From: the human T2T-CHM13v2.0 reference genome, Homo sapiens
DNA length: 64,000 nucleotides
Assembly (NCBI RefSeq): GCF_009914755.1
Contig: NC_060926.1
Direction: 5' to 3' (one strand)
Shown: piece after piece, positions 1 to 10,948 of the stretch
Numbering within the stretch: position 1 is the stretch's first letter
Layout: each line of letters opens with the position of its first letter
Notes under the pieces: generated by a model
The model's input: only the letters and a program-made list of their open reading frames with translations
The model's database searches: none
Told to the model about the DNA's origin: nothing
Position numbers and translations under genes: made by a program

Positions 1-317
1 GCTATGGAAAAAAGTAAAATGCAGCAGGGAATGAAAAGCCATGGAAAGGGCATGGTTGCAACTTTCATTATGGTAGTTAGGAAAGCCCTGGTTGGAAGAT
101 GATCTATGAGCAAAGGCTTTAAGGAGGTAAGGAAGATAAGTCTCCATTATTCATTCCTGGAGAGTTTAGGTAGTCATACACAAATACGCAGACCAATATA
201 TTTAGGGAATGAAATCAAAGTTATTTCAGAAGAGGCACAGGGGTGAATTAACTAAATTTGGGAGTATAGCTAAATCAGATTCTTAAAGATCAGGCATCTA
301 CAATGAAGCAGATATGA

Positions 318-704
<387 letters not shown>

Positions 705-1709
705 TAATTTATTAAATGAAGTGTCTTGAAAAGGAAATCCTGTTTCCCACTTTTTTTCCATTCCCAGAACCTGTAAAGAGTCTGAAAAATATGTATGTGT
801 GCCATCACAATTGATTGAATGGATGAATGGTGGTAATCCAAGGTCTAAAATACTGTCAGACAGAAGAAGGGTAAGGCAAGCATCAGTTTAGGCTTTTGGG
901 CATAAATATGAAAAATCTAAAAATTCACAGAAGTATCTCAATTGTCGGTTGTCTTGTATTCTTAGAATATGACATACCTAAGGGCAGTAATTATGTTTCA
1001 CATATGGTACTTACTCCATGTTGGAAACAATTGGGAAAAAAAGAAAAGAAAAAGAGTGTACCAACTCATTCTCATGTACTGAACTAGGTATCCCTAAATA
1101 TTAAATGACCTCCAGAGAGTATTAAATGTTTTTGGAAGCTGTGCTATTTTTTTAGACTGACCAGGACCCTGTTATGTGCTTTCATGATAGAATATGATTC
1201 ATGTTCCCAGACATAAGTCTTAGGCATCATTTTTTATGTTCAGAAGTGAACAGAAGACAATACATTAAAATAAAGCATTCACTTTGAAAAATCACCTCAT
1301 TATCCAAAATCACTGAAGAAAAATAGACATTTAACAGGGAGATTATATTTAAAGGGGCATTTTTTTTTTTGCGGGTCGGGGGAAGAATTCTAACCAGTAT
1401 GTAGGATTCACTAAAACCTGAAATCTCTTGTGATTATTACCTGTGGTAGTCATACATTTTCAAAATGTGATTTATTCATTTTATAGCTACATACTGGGGA
1501 GAGAGGATGATGATGGTGGCAGCAACTGTCTTTTAGACATCAAAAAAAGCAGTATGACCCTATCTATAGATGAGTTAATCCAAAAGCATTGAATCATATA
1601 AACTGAATATTGAAAGAACAGTTTGGAAAGAAAATAAAAACAGTAAAATATGAAGGTCAAAATTCTAGCCACATTTACTGAGTAGTTTAGAAAGATTTTA
1701 AGAAATTTT

Positions 1710-1723
1710 GCGCCCTCCAGTGG
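1710..1723 (-). promoter_or_regulatory. Candidate CTCF site
   Basis: Reverse complement CCACTGGAGGGCGC matches the CTCF core CCASYAGRKGGCRS with one mismatch; isolated GC/CpG patch in AT-rich DNA about 2 kb upstream of the internal promoter. Confidence 0.6.
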
Positions 1724-2294
1724 TTGTTTTGGAATGAATTATTATCATTATTATTGTAATTTTTAATTTTACCTGGGCTTTCCATTTTCCAGCTTCATTG
1801 TTTTTGGTAACCCAGGAAAGTTTAACTTGTCTATACCTAGAAGGTGCCTTGGGAGACCGACTCAATTTGATTACCCAGTTTTATGCTTGCAGAAATAATG
1901 AGGCCAGTAATGATAAGAGTGCCTAGTATGTAATGATGAAGTTCAGGCTCAACAAGATAGGTTCACAAAAGGGCAATCATGCTTGATTTATCTGATTGCC
2001 AGACTGGAAATGAAAGAAAAGCAGTGACATAATTACCCCAGATTCCTCAGACCTCAAATACAATCCAGCACAGATATTTGCAAAAGTCTTCAGAATGATT
2101 GCAATGCATTTTAAAGAGGGACATACATCACTGCTGTAGCAAATACAAGAAGGTTTAAAAAATCAAAGACAAAGGATGTTTCTGGAATCTGTATTGCTTG
2201 CAAACAGAACAAAAGAGAGCAGGGAAAGAAAGTCACTTGGTGAGAGAAGAAAGGCAGAGGATTGAATCAGGAAACGCTGCGGGTGCCTGGGTTT

Positions 2295-2372
2295 TGTGAC
2301 CTTGGTCATATTCTTTGGGCCTCAGCTTTCTCACCTATGAAACAAAGGATGTGGACTAGGCTAAGTGGTTCC
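2295..2372 (+). mobile_element. MIR fragment
   Basis: tgtgaccttgg ... gggcctcagctttctcacctatgaaa resembles the MIR core. Confidence 0.6.
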
Positions 2373-3379
2373 ATGAAGCCAGTATTTGGATAGAGGCAAG
2401 GGGTAGCAGAATTGATCTCATACAAAAGAACTGTAGTTTGAATATTTATGAAAGCAAAATTAGCTAGTGATTAAAAAATGGGGCAGAAAGGTGGCTCAAG
2501 GAGAATGCAAATTTATCTTAATTCAAAATACAGTATAAAACTGATGGAGGCGATTCTTTCAAGAAGGAAAAAAAAAAAAAGAAACATATCATCTGTCTCT
2601 CAATTTCCTTCCCTGTAGTCTCATTCTCTCTTCTCTGCCATCATATTTTTTTTTTCTTGACTTTCTGTTTCCAGTAACCATGGTGATGCTTCTTCCCAGC
2701 AACCTTCTTCACAGCTGGCCTTTTTGGTTCTCATCGAATTTTGCTCCATTCACTGGTTCAGGTTGCTAACAATGCTGTAAAAATTAACTTATTTATTGAC
2801 ATTTTTCTCCTTCCCTTTTCCCCAGGAAATAAATGCAGGAAATTATTCCACACTTAACCTCCCTACACAAGGGCACTGTAAAATAGGGATATTCAACTGC
2901 TAATTTCAGTTGCTAACATGGAGGGGATACAGATTATGCCAAAGATTGAATTCTCTGCCTGGGCCCTCAGGGACTGAAAAGCCCCAGGACCAAGCTGGTT
3001 GCCACCTCCTTTTGCTTTTGTATGTAAATAGATTGCCCCCAGAAATCACATTTCTAATTCTCTGTTTTTTTTTTTTCTTTTTCTCTTGTAAGGAAAACAT
3101 GGCCAAGTGCATAATTATAACTGTTAAAAGGGTATTGAATTTTCTGTAGGAAAATATACATAAATATATGCATTTCTTTAATGAAGATATTTATTTTGGA
3201 ATATAAATAAGCAATATGCGATAGTTAAAAATATTGTAATTATCTGCCAATGACAAAACATCAACAAATCTCTGATGTCCTTAATGCAGATAATAAAAAT
3301 TCCCATAAACTAGTATTTAGTCATGTCCAGTTTGTGTAGCTTAACTTGTTTGTAATCCTATATGCCTGAAAACTGTTTC

Positions 3380-3820
3380 TCTATTTAAGCGGTGTGTGTG
3401 TGTGCGTGCGTGCGTGCGTGTGTGTGTGTGTGTGTGTCTGGCATTAACACAAAGGAGACCAGATGATGACATTCATAGGCTGATAGACTCGACTCCTGGG
3501 GACACACTTGGATGGAGGCAATTAAAATGCCTGTCAGGCATTTGGTACCAGAAGCCCCTATGGCAAACCGCTAAATCGTAAGTGAGGGCTGCATCCTATT
3601 GTCAGTGAATGATGGCGGAGCTGAGTGGCTTGTCATCATTCTCGAAAATTCTGAGACTAGTGAGCTCTCTCCCTCTCTCCCACTCGCCTTATTTTCCTGT
3701 TCGCCACTGCGGGGACTTCTAATTTGCAGCTTCCCTTTCCCCGGCACACACAGACACGAGCTGGTGGCTTGCAGACTGCGTCTGTCTGGAGCTAGAGAGC
3801 CAGAGAGCCAGCCTGTGGGG
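3380..3820 (+). promoter_or_regulatory. MAP2: Internal (alternative) MAP2 promoter region
   Basis: Locally raised GC and retained CpGs, pyrimidine (CT) tract 3664-3700, E-box CAGATG 3460-3465, SOX-like ACAAAG 3449-3454, TATA-like TATTTAA near 3382; directly upstream of the recognised MAP2 5'UTR sequence. Confidence 0.6.
3392..3437 (+). repeat. (GT)n/(GCGT)n compound microsatellite
   Basis: gtgtgtgtgtgtgcgtgcgtgcgtgcgtgtgtgtgtgtgtgtgtgt, 46 bp of uninterrupted purine-pyrimidine alternation. Confidence 0.97.
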
Positions 3821-3894
3821 ATAATGCTCCCGGAGAAGGATTCTGCAGCAGTTCTCAAAGGCTAGACTTGAGTGGTATTGCTGCATATGCGCTG
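3818..3894 (+). other. MAP2: MAP2 alternative non-coding first exon (5' boundary approximate)
   Basis: gggataatgctcccggagaaggattctgcagcagttctcaaaggctagacttgagtggtattgctgcatatgcgctg, recalled as the start of MAP2 mRNAs; followed by donor CTG|gtaatg and a 282-nt intron to the AG at 4175-4176. Confidence 0.75.
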
Positions 3895-4132
3895 GTAATG
3901 GTTTGGGGCTTTTAATTTTATTTCGTTTCATTTTCAATTCGTTTTTCATAGGATGTGCTTTATGTAATCTCAGAGTAAAGATCTTTTAAAATTCATTATT
4001 GAGCTTCCTAAATATTCAAGTACTGCATTTTTTTTGTGCTACAGACCTCCAGGCATAGATTTATTATTTGAGTATAAAGAATGCATTTGCTTACTGGTGA
4101 GTTATAATTTTTGATATTTAGTTAACAAATCC

Positions 4133-4152
4133 ATATATATATATATATATAT
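4133..4152 (+). repeat. (AT)10 microsatellite
   Basis: atatatatatatatatatat immediately before the polypyrimidine tract of the 4177 exon. Confidence 0.95.
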
Positions 4153-4176
4153 GTTTCTTTTGTTTTGTTTCGGTAG

Positions 4177-4241
4177 ATTCTTCAGCTTGTCTCTAACCGA
4201 GGAAGCATTGATTGGGAGCTACTCATTCAGAAAATTAAAAG
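4177..4241 (+). other. MAP2: MAP2 5'UTR exon (65 nt, non-coding)
   Basis: U-rich tract plus tag|attcttcagcttgtctctaaccgaggaagcattgattgggagctactcattcagaaaattaaaag|gtacca; recognised from the MAP2 mRNA 5'UTR; no ATG. Confidence 0.85.
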
Positions 4242-6779
4242 GTACCACATGTTTTGTTTGGATGTTTTAATGAGGGAAAATCAGGGGAGAATTGGAATGT
4301 TTTTATTTAAATTAATTTATCTATGATTGGTCTTTTATCCTTAAGCTTAAGTTGATCATTGTCTATTGCATATACCATTTTCTATGCAGATACTTCTATT
4401 ATCTAAGGTTGTTTTGATTAGAGGATGACTAAAGAATTGTGTCTTTTGCCTATGTTGCAAGTTATTAACAAATATCAACATGTTTGGCTTATTTGGAGAT
4501 TTTATCATTGTAATGTTTTTTTTAAAGTCCAAAATTCTCCATCTAAATGAAAATTCATTAATTTGAATTTAAGAGAAATATGCTAAGTAATGATTTTATC
4601 TGAACAAATCCTGCTAAGTGATTTATTAAAATGGTTAAATGAAATGCCTTGCCCTTCCCAGGTAGAATGGGTGCTAGAGACGAAAGCCCAGGAATGACTC
4701 AGTATTGTTGGCTTTACAAATAAAATATTGTAACTTCTTTATTGACATTTCAGTCTTTAAAATGGACATATTTAAAGGCCGAGGTTGTTAGTTCTTAAAA
4801 GAAGTTATTTTACATTTGCTTTATTTGGAATTGACAGCATAAGAAAGTAATCCTTCATCTTGCCATGAATGCACTTGAATCCACTTGATCCTGGGCCTCA
4901 TGCCTTACATGAAAAACATTAATTTTGAAATTCAGCATCAGGATATATATTGATTTGAGATGGCAATTATGGATATTACCTTTTCTTTAAGACCGTCTTT
5001 AACTTTAATACCTGTTAATATCAATAAAACCTATATTTGTAATTTGCCTTTAAAAAATGGAAGACATTTTCTGCCCTGCTGAGAAGAAAATCAGTAATAC
5101 CTTTTAAGCCTTTCCTTGGGATCTATGTATAATATTTCCTCTCAAGACTGTCAGTCCGAAGCATTTTACACAATAAATTTAATTTTTGAAAAATATACCT
5201 GAAAATAATGTCCAACTACTGACACTGAAATATTATAAGTATGTGAGTGTACACCTGTGAGTGTGAATATTTGTAGCAGGTGAAGGAGAGTAATACATTG
5301 TCCTTTGTTAATATCTGCAATGTATAATCATGAGAACCTTAATTTATTCATTCCACAAGCACTTCTTAAGAGCCTTGCTGCTGTGGGTAATTATTGTGAG
5401 AGAGAGAGGGAAGGGGTAGATGACACTGTCCTCAGCCTTCTAGAGTGTAGGCAGCATCACATAAAGATTTTTGAACAGGAGAATGAATTCGTTAAAATAA
5501 ATCAGTGTGGTCTGAGAAAGGAAATTGCATTATTTCAGATATTGAACAAAAGCTAATACTAGTCTTGAGACACATAAAATTATATTGCACTTCTTCTTCA
5601 GAAATTACTCAGTGGAATCGTGTATGAAATCCCCCAAACAGGATTATTTCACCTAGATATTGTAAAACTCTTGAGACCATTCTCTCTTTTTAGATTTCAC
5701 TCAAAGTAAGTGAAAATATTTATGTTTGGTGGAAAAAAAATCTATTTGGTATTTGCCCATCTGATTAAATCCAGAGAGCATATATTTCACATGAAGATCT
5801 ATTTCCTAATCTTCAGACTCATTCAGCAACTCATTATATTAATTTTGAACTTTAGGATATGTGTATGAATTGGAAAAGGGTGAAATTATTTAACTGCTAA
5901 AAAATGACTCCAATGCGTTGTCAATAGGAACTAATAAGTTCTGTTATGATTTGTCTGGATATTGGAGAAGGGGCATACAATCTCACCAACAGGCCTCTGG
6001 CATCTAAATTTTGGAGGACCAGTTAAAAATTCATCTAGCGGTATGCTGACAAAATGCATATAATAAAAAATGAGTTTATTAAAATAGTAGGTTGGGTGAT
6101 TAAAGCAGAACAGAATTTGACTACTAGAGTCAAATTCTGGGACCTATATCATGGTTTTTCTAGTCAATATTGTGGTGAGTTAATTCCTTTACTGATTTCA
6201 CTCATTTTTTTCACTTACATTTTTAACACATAGTATAGTGCCTGGGTCACAGTAGGAATTCAATAAATATTTATTTAATTATTTCACAAATAAATGAATT
6301 TGTCAGCATTTTCCCCTATTACTTTTTTGTTCTTGCCTTTCTTAAAATTATACACTGTGAAACAGACATCTGGTCATTTTTTTTTTAGTTACCCAAAATA
6401 TTCATTACATGTTTCTAATAAATAATAATTAGATCATTACACTGGATATAAAAGTGACAAACCATGTATAGAAATTTCTTTAGGCTGTACGGAATAGGAT
6501 TTTTCTGGTTTTAGATTAAAACGGAAAGAATTCTTGAAATGTCCCCTTTCACTTTCATCAGCTGGGGGAAATATGCCAAACTGCAGCCTGAGCTTTGCTT
6601 ATGGACGCTTCCTAAATACTACTCCCAGGCTTGACATTGTTTATTGCTTTTCATGTCTTTGGCCAAGATTTTGCTGCAGCAAAGGGGAGGAGGCCTTTCC
6701 CCCCATCCCCTTTCTATAAATGTAATATGAGAAATGATGTCATACTTACCAGTCCATAATGAGCAACAAAGCATTTAAG

Positions 6780-6798
6780 GATAGATAGATAGATAGAT

Positions 6799-6832
<34 letters not shown>
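6780..6832 (+). repeat. (GATA)n tetranucleotide STR
   Basis: gatagatagatagatagatgatagatagata... about 13 units. Confidence 0.97.
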
Positions 6833-6954
6833 ATATTTTCTGTATATTTAAGGAATCTATCAAGAAACTTCTAGAATCACATGGCTTTAGAGAATGTTAT
6901 TCTTTCTTGCTGTCATTTATTTTCATTATTAAAAGTATAATTTTTTGTTATTAA

Positions 6955-7110
6955 CAATGTGACGGACAGTATCCTAAGTCCTTAACATATATTATCTCCT
7001 TTAGCTCTCCCTGTAATCCTGGGAGATAAGTGTGGTCTCCATTTTACAGATAAATGAATTGAGACTACAGTTGGGCAAACCCAAGTCTGGCCTCAAAGTC
7101 CTTCATATTA
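6955..7110 (-). mobile_element. MIR fragment
   Basis: ctccattttacagataaatgaattgagact resembles the reverse MIR core. Confidence 0.65.
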
Positions 7111-7240
7111 AACACTAAATTTTACCACATTTTTTTCTAGCAGATTTTTGGTACCTAGTCATTGTCTTGATGTTCCATGCAATAAGGTTAAAACAGTATG
7201 CTTGCAAATATCTTGATTTATCTGCAAGTATAAATCAAAA

Positions 7241-7272
7241 TATCTCTATCTATCTATCTATCCATCTGTCTG

Positions 7273-7323
<51 letters not shown>

Positions 7324-7350
7324 GTCTATCCTATCTATCTATTTATCTAT
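7241..7350 (+). repeat. (TATC)n/(TGTC)n compound STR
   Basis: About 110 bp of tatc units with tgtc/catc variants. Confidence 0.97.
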
Positions 7351-7905
7351 GGTAGAAGTGAATATGTCCTCAAATACTTAACTAATATTCAAGCTCTATT
7401 GTATTTTAATTTTTATATTTAACTTGAAGGACTTTATTCTTCAAGGATGAATGTCAAAGATAAATTAGGAAGTTTTAAAATAAATGTATTCATAAAGCAT
7501 TTTCCATGTAATTATAGTGAAATGTTATTTTGAATTGCATAATCTATATAAGAAAATTAGAGAATCCAAGTGCTAAATAGCATAACTGATGTTATAACTT
7601 GCAAGGTTTGGGTTTTTTTTTTCTTTTTAAAGTGAAATAATGGCAGAAGAATGTTCAAGTGACCAAAATAAAGAAACAAGCAGGCAACAGGGCCATGGGC
7701 AGAGTAAAAATACCAATTCAACCTCAAGGACAACTAACTTGGAAAAATCACTGAAGATACTAACAATTACACAAATATGTATTAAGATTCTCTACTTGCA
7801 AAGGAGTATTTACAGGAGAACATTTCCGGAGCTCAGTTGGAGTCAGCAAAATAAGATGAGGAAGTAGTACCAAGGCTCACTGGTACCGTAAGAGAGACAT
7901 AAATG

Positions 7906-8290
7906 ATTTTTTTTTTTTTTCAGATTTTATTTTAGATTCAGAGAGTACATGAAGGTTTGTTACCTGGGCATATTGTATGATGCTGAGGTTTGGGGTATGA
8001 ATGATCCTGTCACCCAGGTACTGAGGATAGTACTCAATAGTTCATTTTCAACTCCTCCTTCCTTCCCTCTGCGCTTTAGTAGTCCCCAGTGTCTATTGTT
8101 GCCATCTTTATGTCCACAATTACCGAGTGTTTAGCTCCCACTTATAAGTGAGAATATGCGGTATTTGGTTTTCTGTTCCTGCATTAATTTGCTTAAGATA
8201 ATGGATCCAGCTGTATCCATGTTGCTGCAAAGGACATGATTTCATTCTTTTTATGGCTGTGTAGTATTCCATGGTGTATATATAACATAT
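7906..8290 (-). mobile_element. L1 3' end (older primate L1PA/L1PB-type), 5' truncated
   Basis: polyT, then gatgctgaggtttggggtatgaatgatcctgtcacccagg ... cccacttataagtgagaatatgcggtatttgg; minus ORF 8120-8317 contains the ORF2 C-terminal motif YIYTMEYY. Confidence 0.9.
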
Positions 8291-8349
8291 TATGGATAAT
8301 TTATTAAGGGACTTCATTACAGGGCATGAATTCTAATCATTGGAATGGG

Positions 8350-9165
8350 ACTCAACAGGAAATACTTCATAGAGTATGAGTTTTCTGAGGCGGAACTTGG
8401 GGATGAATAGAAGTATTCAAGGGGGAGACAACGTATGGAGGAGCTCCAGAAAGAACAAACATTAGCAAAGGAATCAAAGGAAGTGAACATGCTGGGAAAG
8501 CACAGACTGATCTCATTCATATTCTAGAGTATAGAGCAGAAAAACAGGACTCTTAGAAGATAAAGTTGTATCATACGAAATGGCTAATATTCATCTTTTT
8601 TGAATTATAAAATTAGAAAATTTCATTCAGTTCAACTTAATACATTGGGAGATGGCTTTGAATGCCAGTCAAGGAGGTTTGTTTCTTATTCAGTGGGAAG
8701 CTATTGACTAGTTTGAGCAGGAGACTACTATGACCAAACTGTGTTTTCAGATTATTTGTTTTACAGCTCTGTGTGAGATAAATCAGAACTGTGTGTGAGA
8801 GCATGTTGAAGAAAGCATCACTTCAGAAGCTGTCATAGAATAATCCCAGGGGAAAAACAAAAGTCCAAAGAGGGTATTGACTGTGGGCATGAAAAAGAGG
8901 TCATGATAATGAAAGATGCTTCTGAGCTCAAGTTCATATACAGAGTAGAACAATTGCTTGATTGGTAGGAGGAATGAACAGCAGAAGGACTCAAAGGTGA
9001 CTCTGAAATTTGAATCTGATAACTGAAAAAAGCAAAGGGAGAAAGTAGCTGAGAGCTACACGAGGAAAGAGTCCTTCTTTTATTTTTATTGTATCTCTAG
9101 TCGCTAGCAAAATGCCTAGTACATAGCAGACAGCCAATAAATGCTAAATGAATGAGTGAGAACAC
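8350..9165. mobile_element. L2 fragments
   Basis: ggctttgaatgccagtcaaggaggtttg ... gagcaggag (antisense L2) and the L2 3' end aatgcctagtacatagcag ... aataaatgctaaatgaatgagtg. Confidence 0.55.
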
Positions 9166-10785
9166 GAATAAAAAATGAAGAGGTATGTTTAGGACATGAG
9201 GCTGGATATGTGGGTGGACTGGGCTCGTAGATTGCAGAACATGCAGATCCAAAGCTGAGAAGGGAAGTTTAGGGAGGGAGGGCGTGGGTGATATTAACAA
9301 GAAGGATAAGAAGAGGACCAGAGGGAATCTCTTGGCAGTACCTGCATTTAAGATGCAAAATAAGGGACAAGAATTAAAGTTGAATGAAGAATTAAAAAAA
9401 AAAAAGCAAAGAAAGAAGAGGACAGGGAAGGTTATAGAAAACAAAGTTAAAACTCAAATTTTCCAGAAAAACTGAAGAATGAGAATAAAGAAAATGTTGC
9501 TGGGAGTATTATTTATTTCAATAATTATTTTGTTATAAAAACAATAAATCCACATTTTGTAAAATTTGTAAAATTTAGAAGGGTGTAAGGAAGGAAATAA
9601 TAGTCACTCATAATTACACAATCCAGAGATTATTGTTAACACTTTTAAAACATTTTGATGTATTTTTTATCCTATTGCTTTTAAAATTTCATAATCAAAA
9701 TCATAAGGATATAATTTTGAATTCTGCCTTTTTTCATTCAGCAGTGTCTTAAGGATTTCTCACAACATTTTGCCACCTGCATATTATTCTCTCACCTAAA
9801 GTTTGGACATTTTAAATCCCTACTGTTTCCAGTTTTTCACTATCACCATAATGCTGTAGTGGAATAGTTTGTATATTACTCTTACACAATATTTTAAATA
9901 ATTTCCAATGGATAGTTACTTAAAACAAAATCACTGTATTCTATTTTGTCAAATTCCTGGACAGATAAAATTTGGTGGTTTCAAAATGAGCCTCGGCTTT
10001 CCTCCAAGGAGGATCTGAGATTACATTAGCACCTGCCATGTGCCAGCATCTGTGAAAGGCACTTTAATTATCACAGTATCTCTGATGTCGATTCTATTAT
10101 ACCCACTTTACTAATGAAGGTACACAGACTCAGAGAGTTGCACATGTTTTTTAGGCCTAGTTTTAAATCTGGGTCTGACTCTAACTAGTCAAATCGTGGA
10201 GACACAAACAAGATCTTGAGAAATGAATGAGTAAATAAGGATATGAAAACAATAGGAAAATACACTTAAGGAGTCCGGAACTCAAAGAAAAGAGAGATAA
10301 AATATGAAAAGCAAGAAGGTAGTGACTTCAGTGGGCTTTTGCTGCTTATTAACATGGAAAATCACAAGCCAAAGGCAGGGGCAGGTAGAGAGGGGTGCTA
10401 CATGTGTAATCAGAAAAAAGACAAATTTATAGAAAATGTTCTAAAGGAAAGGGTATAAAGAATGTGGACAAGAATTTGGGCTTGGCATGCAAAATGTAGC
10501 TTCCTTATAAATAAGAGCAAGGGAAAAGAGGGTGAGACTTTTGAAGTGGTAAAGAAAAAATATGAGAAACCTTGCATATCTCATCTGGACTTTATCCTGG
10601 ACTGAAGGATATTCATTCAATGAATATTAATTGAATACCTAATTCCATTCCCGTTTCCTGCCCTTATGGAACTTTCCTTCTAGAGAGTGGAACTAATCAG
10701 TGGGCTAACAAATAAAATTAAAATTACTCAGGCAGCTGTTCAGAGAATGAATTATAAAAGGGTAAGAGTAGATGCTAAGAGATTT

Positions 10786-10948
10786 GCTTCTTAAACTTTA
10801 AAGCAGAGAAGAGTCAACTGGGGATCTTACTAAAATGCAGACTCAGAGTCAGTAGGTCTAAAGAGGGGCCTGAGATTCTGTATTTTGACAAGCTCCCAAG
10901 TAATGATGCTGCTGGTCCATGGAGACCATGCTTTGATTAGTAAAAGGC
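10786..10948. mobile_element. MER5A/B-like hAT-Charlie DNA transposon
   Basis: taaaatgcagactcagagtcagtaggtct ... ggggcctgagattctgtattttgacaagctcccaagt ... ctgctggtccatggagaccatgcttt. Confidence 0.75.

Noticed and set aside
3571-3949. Overlapping ORFs of 76-95 aa at the internal promoter as coding exons
   Set aside because: They do not resemble the MAP2 protein (which starts MADERKDEAK) and are explained by locally higher GC; only the short ATG-initiated uORFs were kept.
7167-7355. ORF with repeated IYLS units (and the ILSY-type ORF at 61515-61769)
   Set aside because: They are translations of microsatellites.
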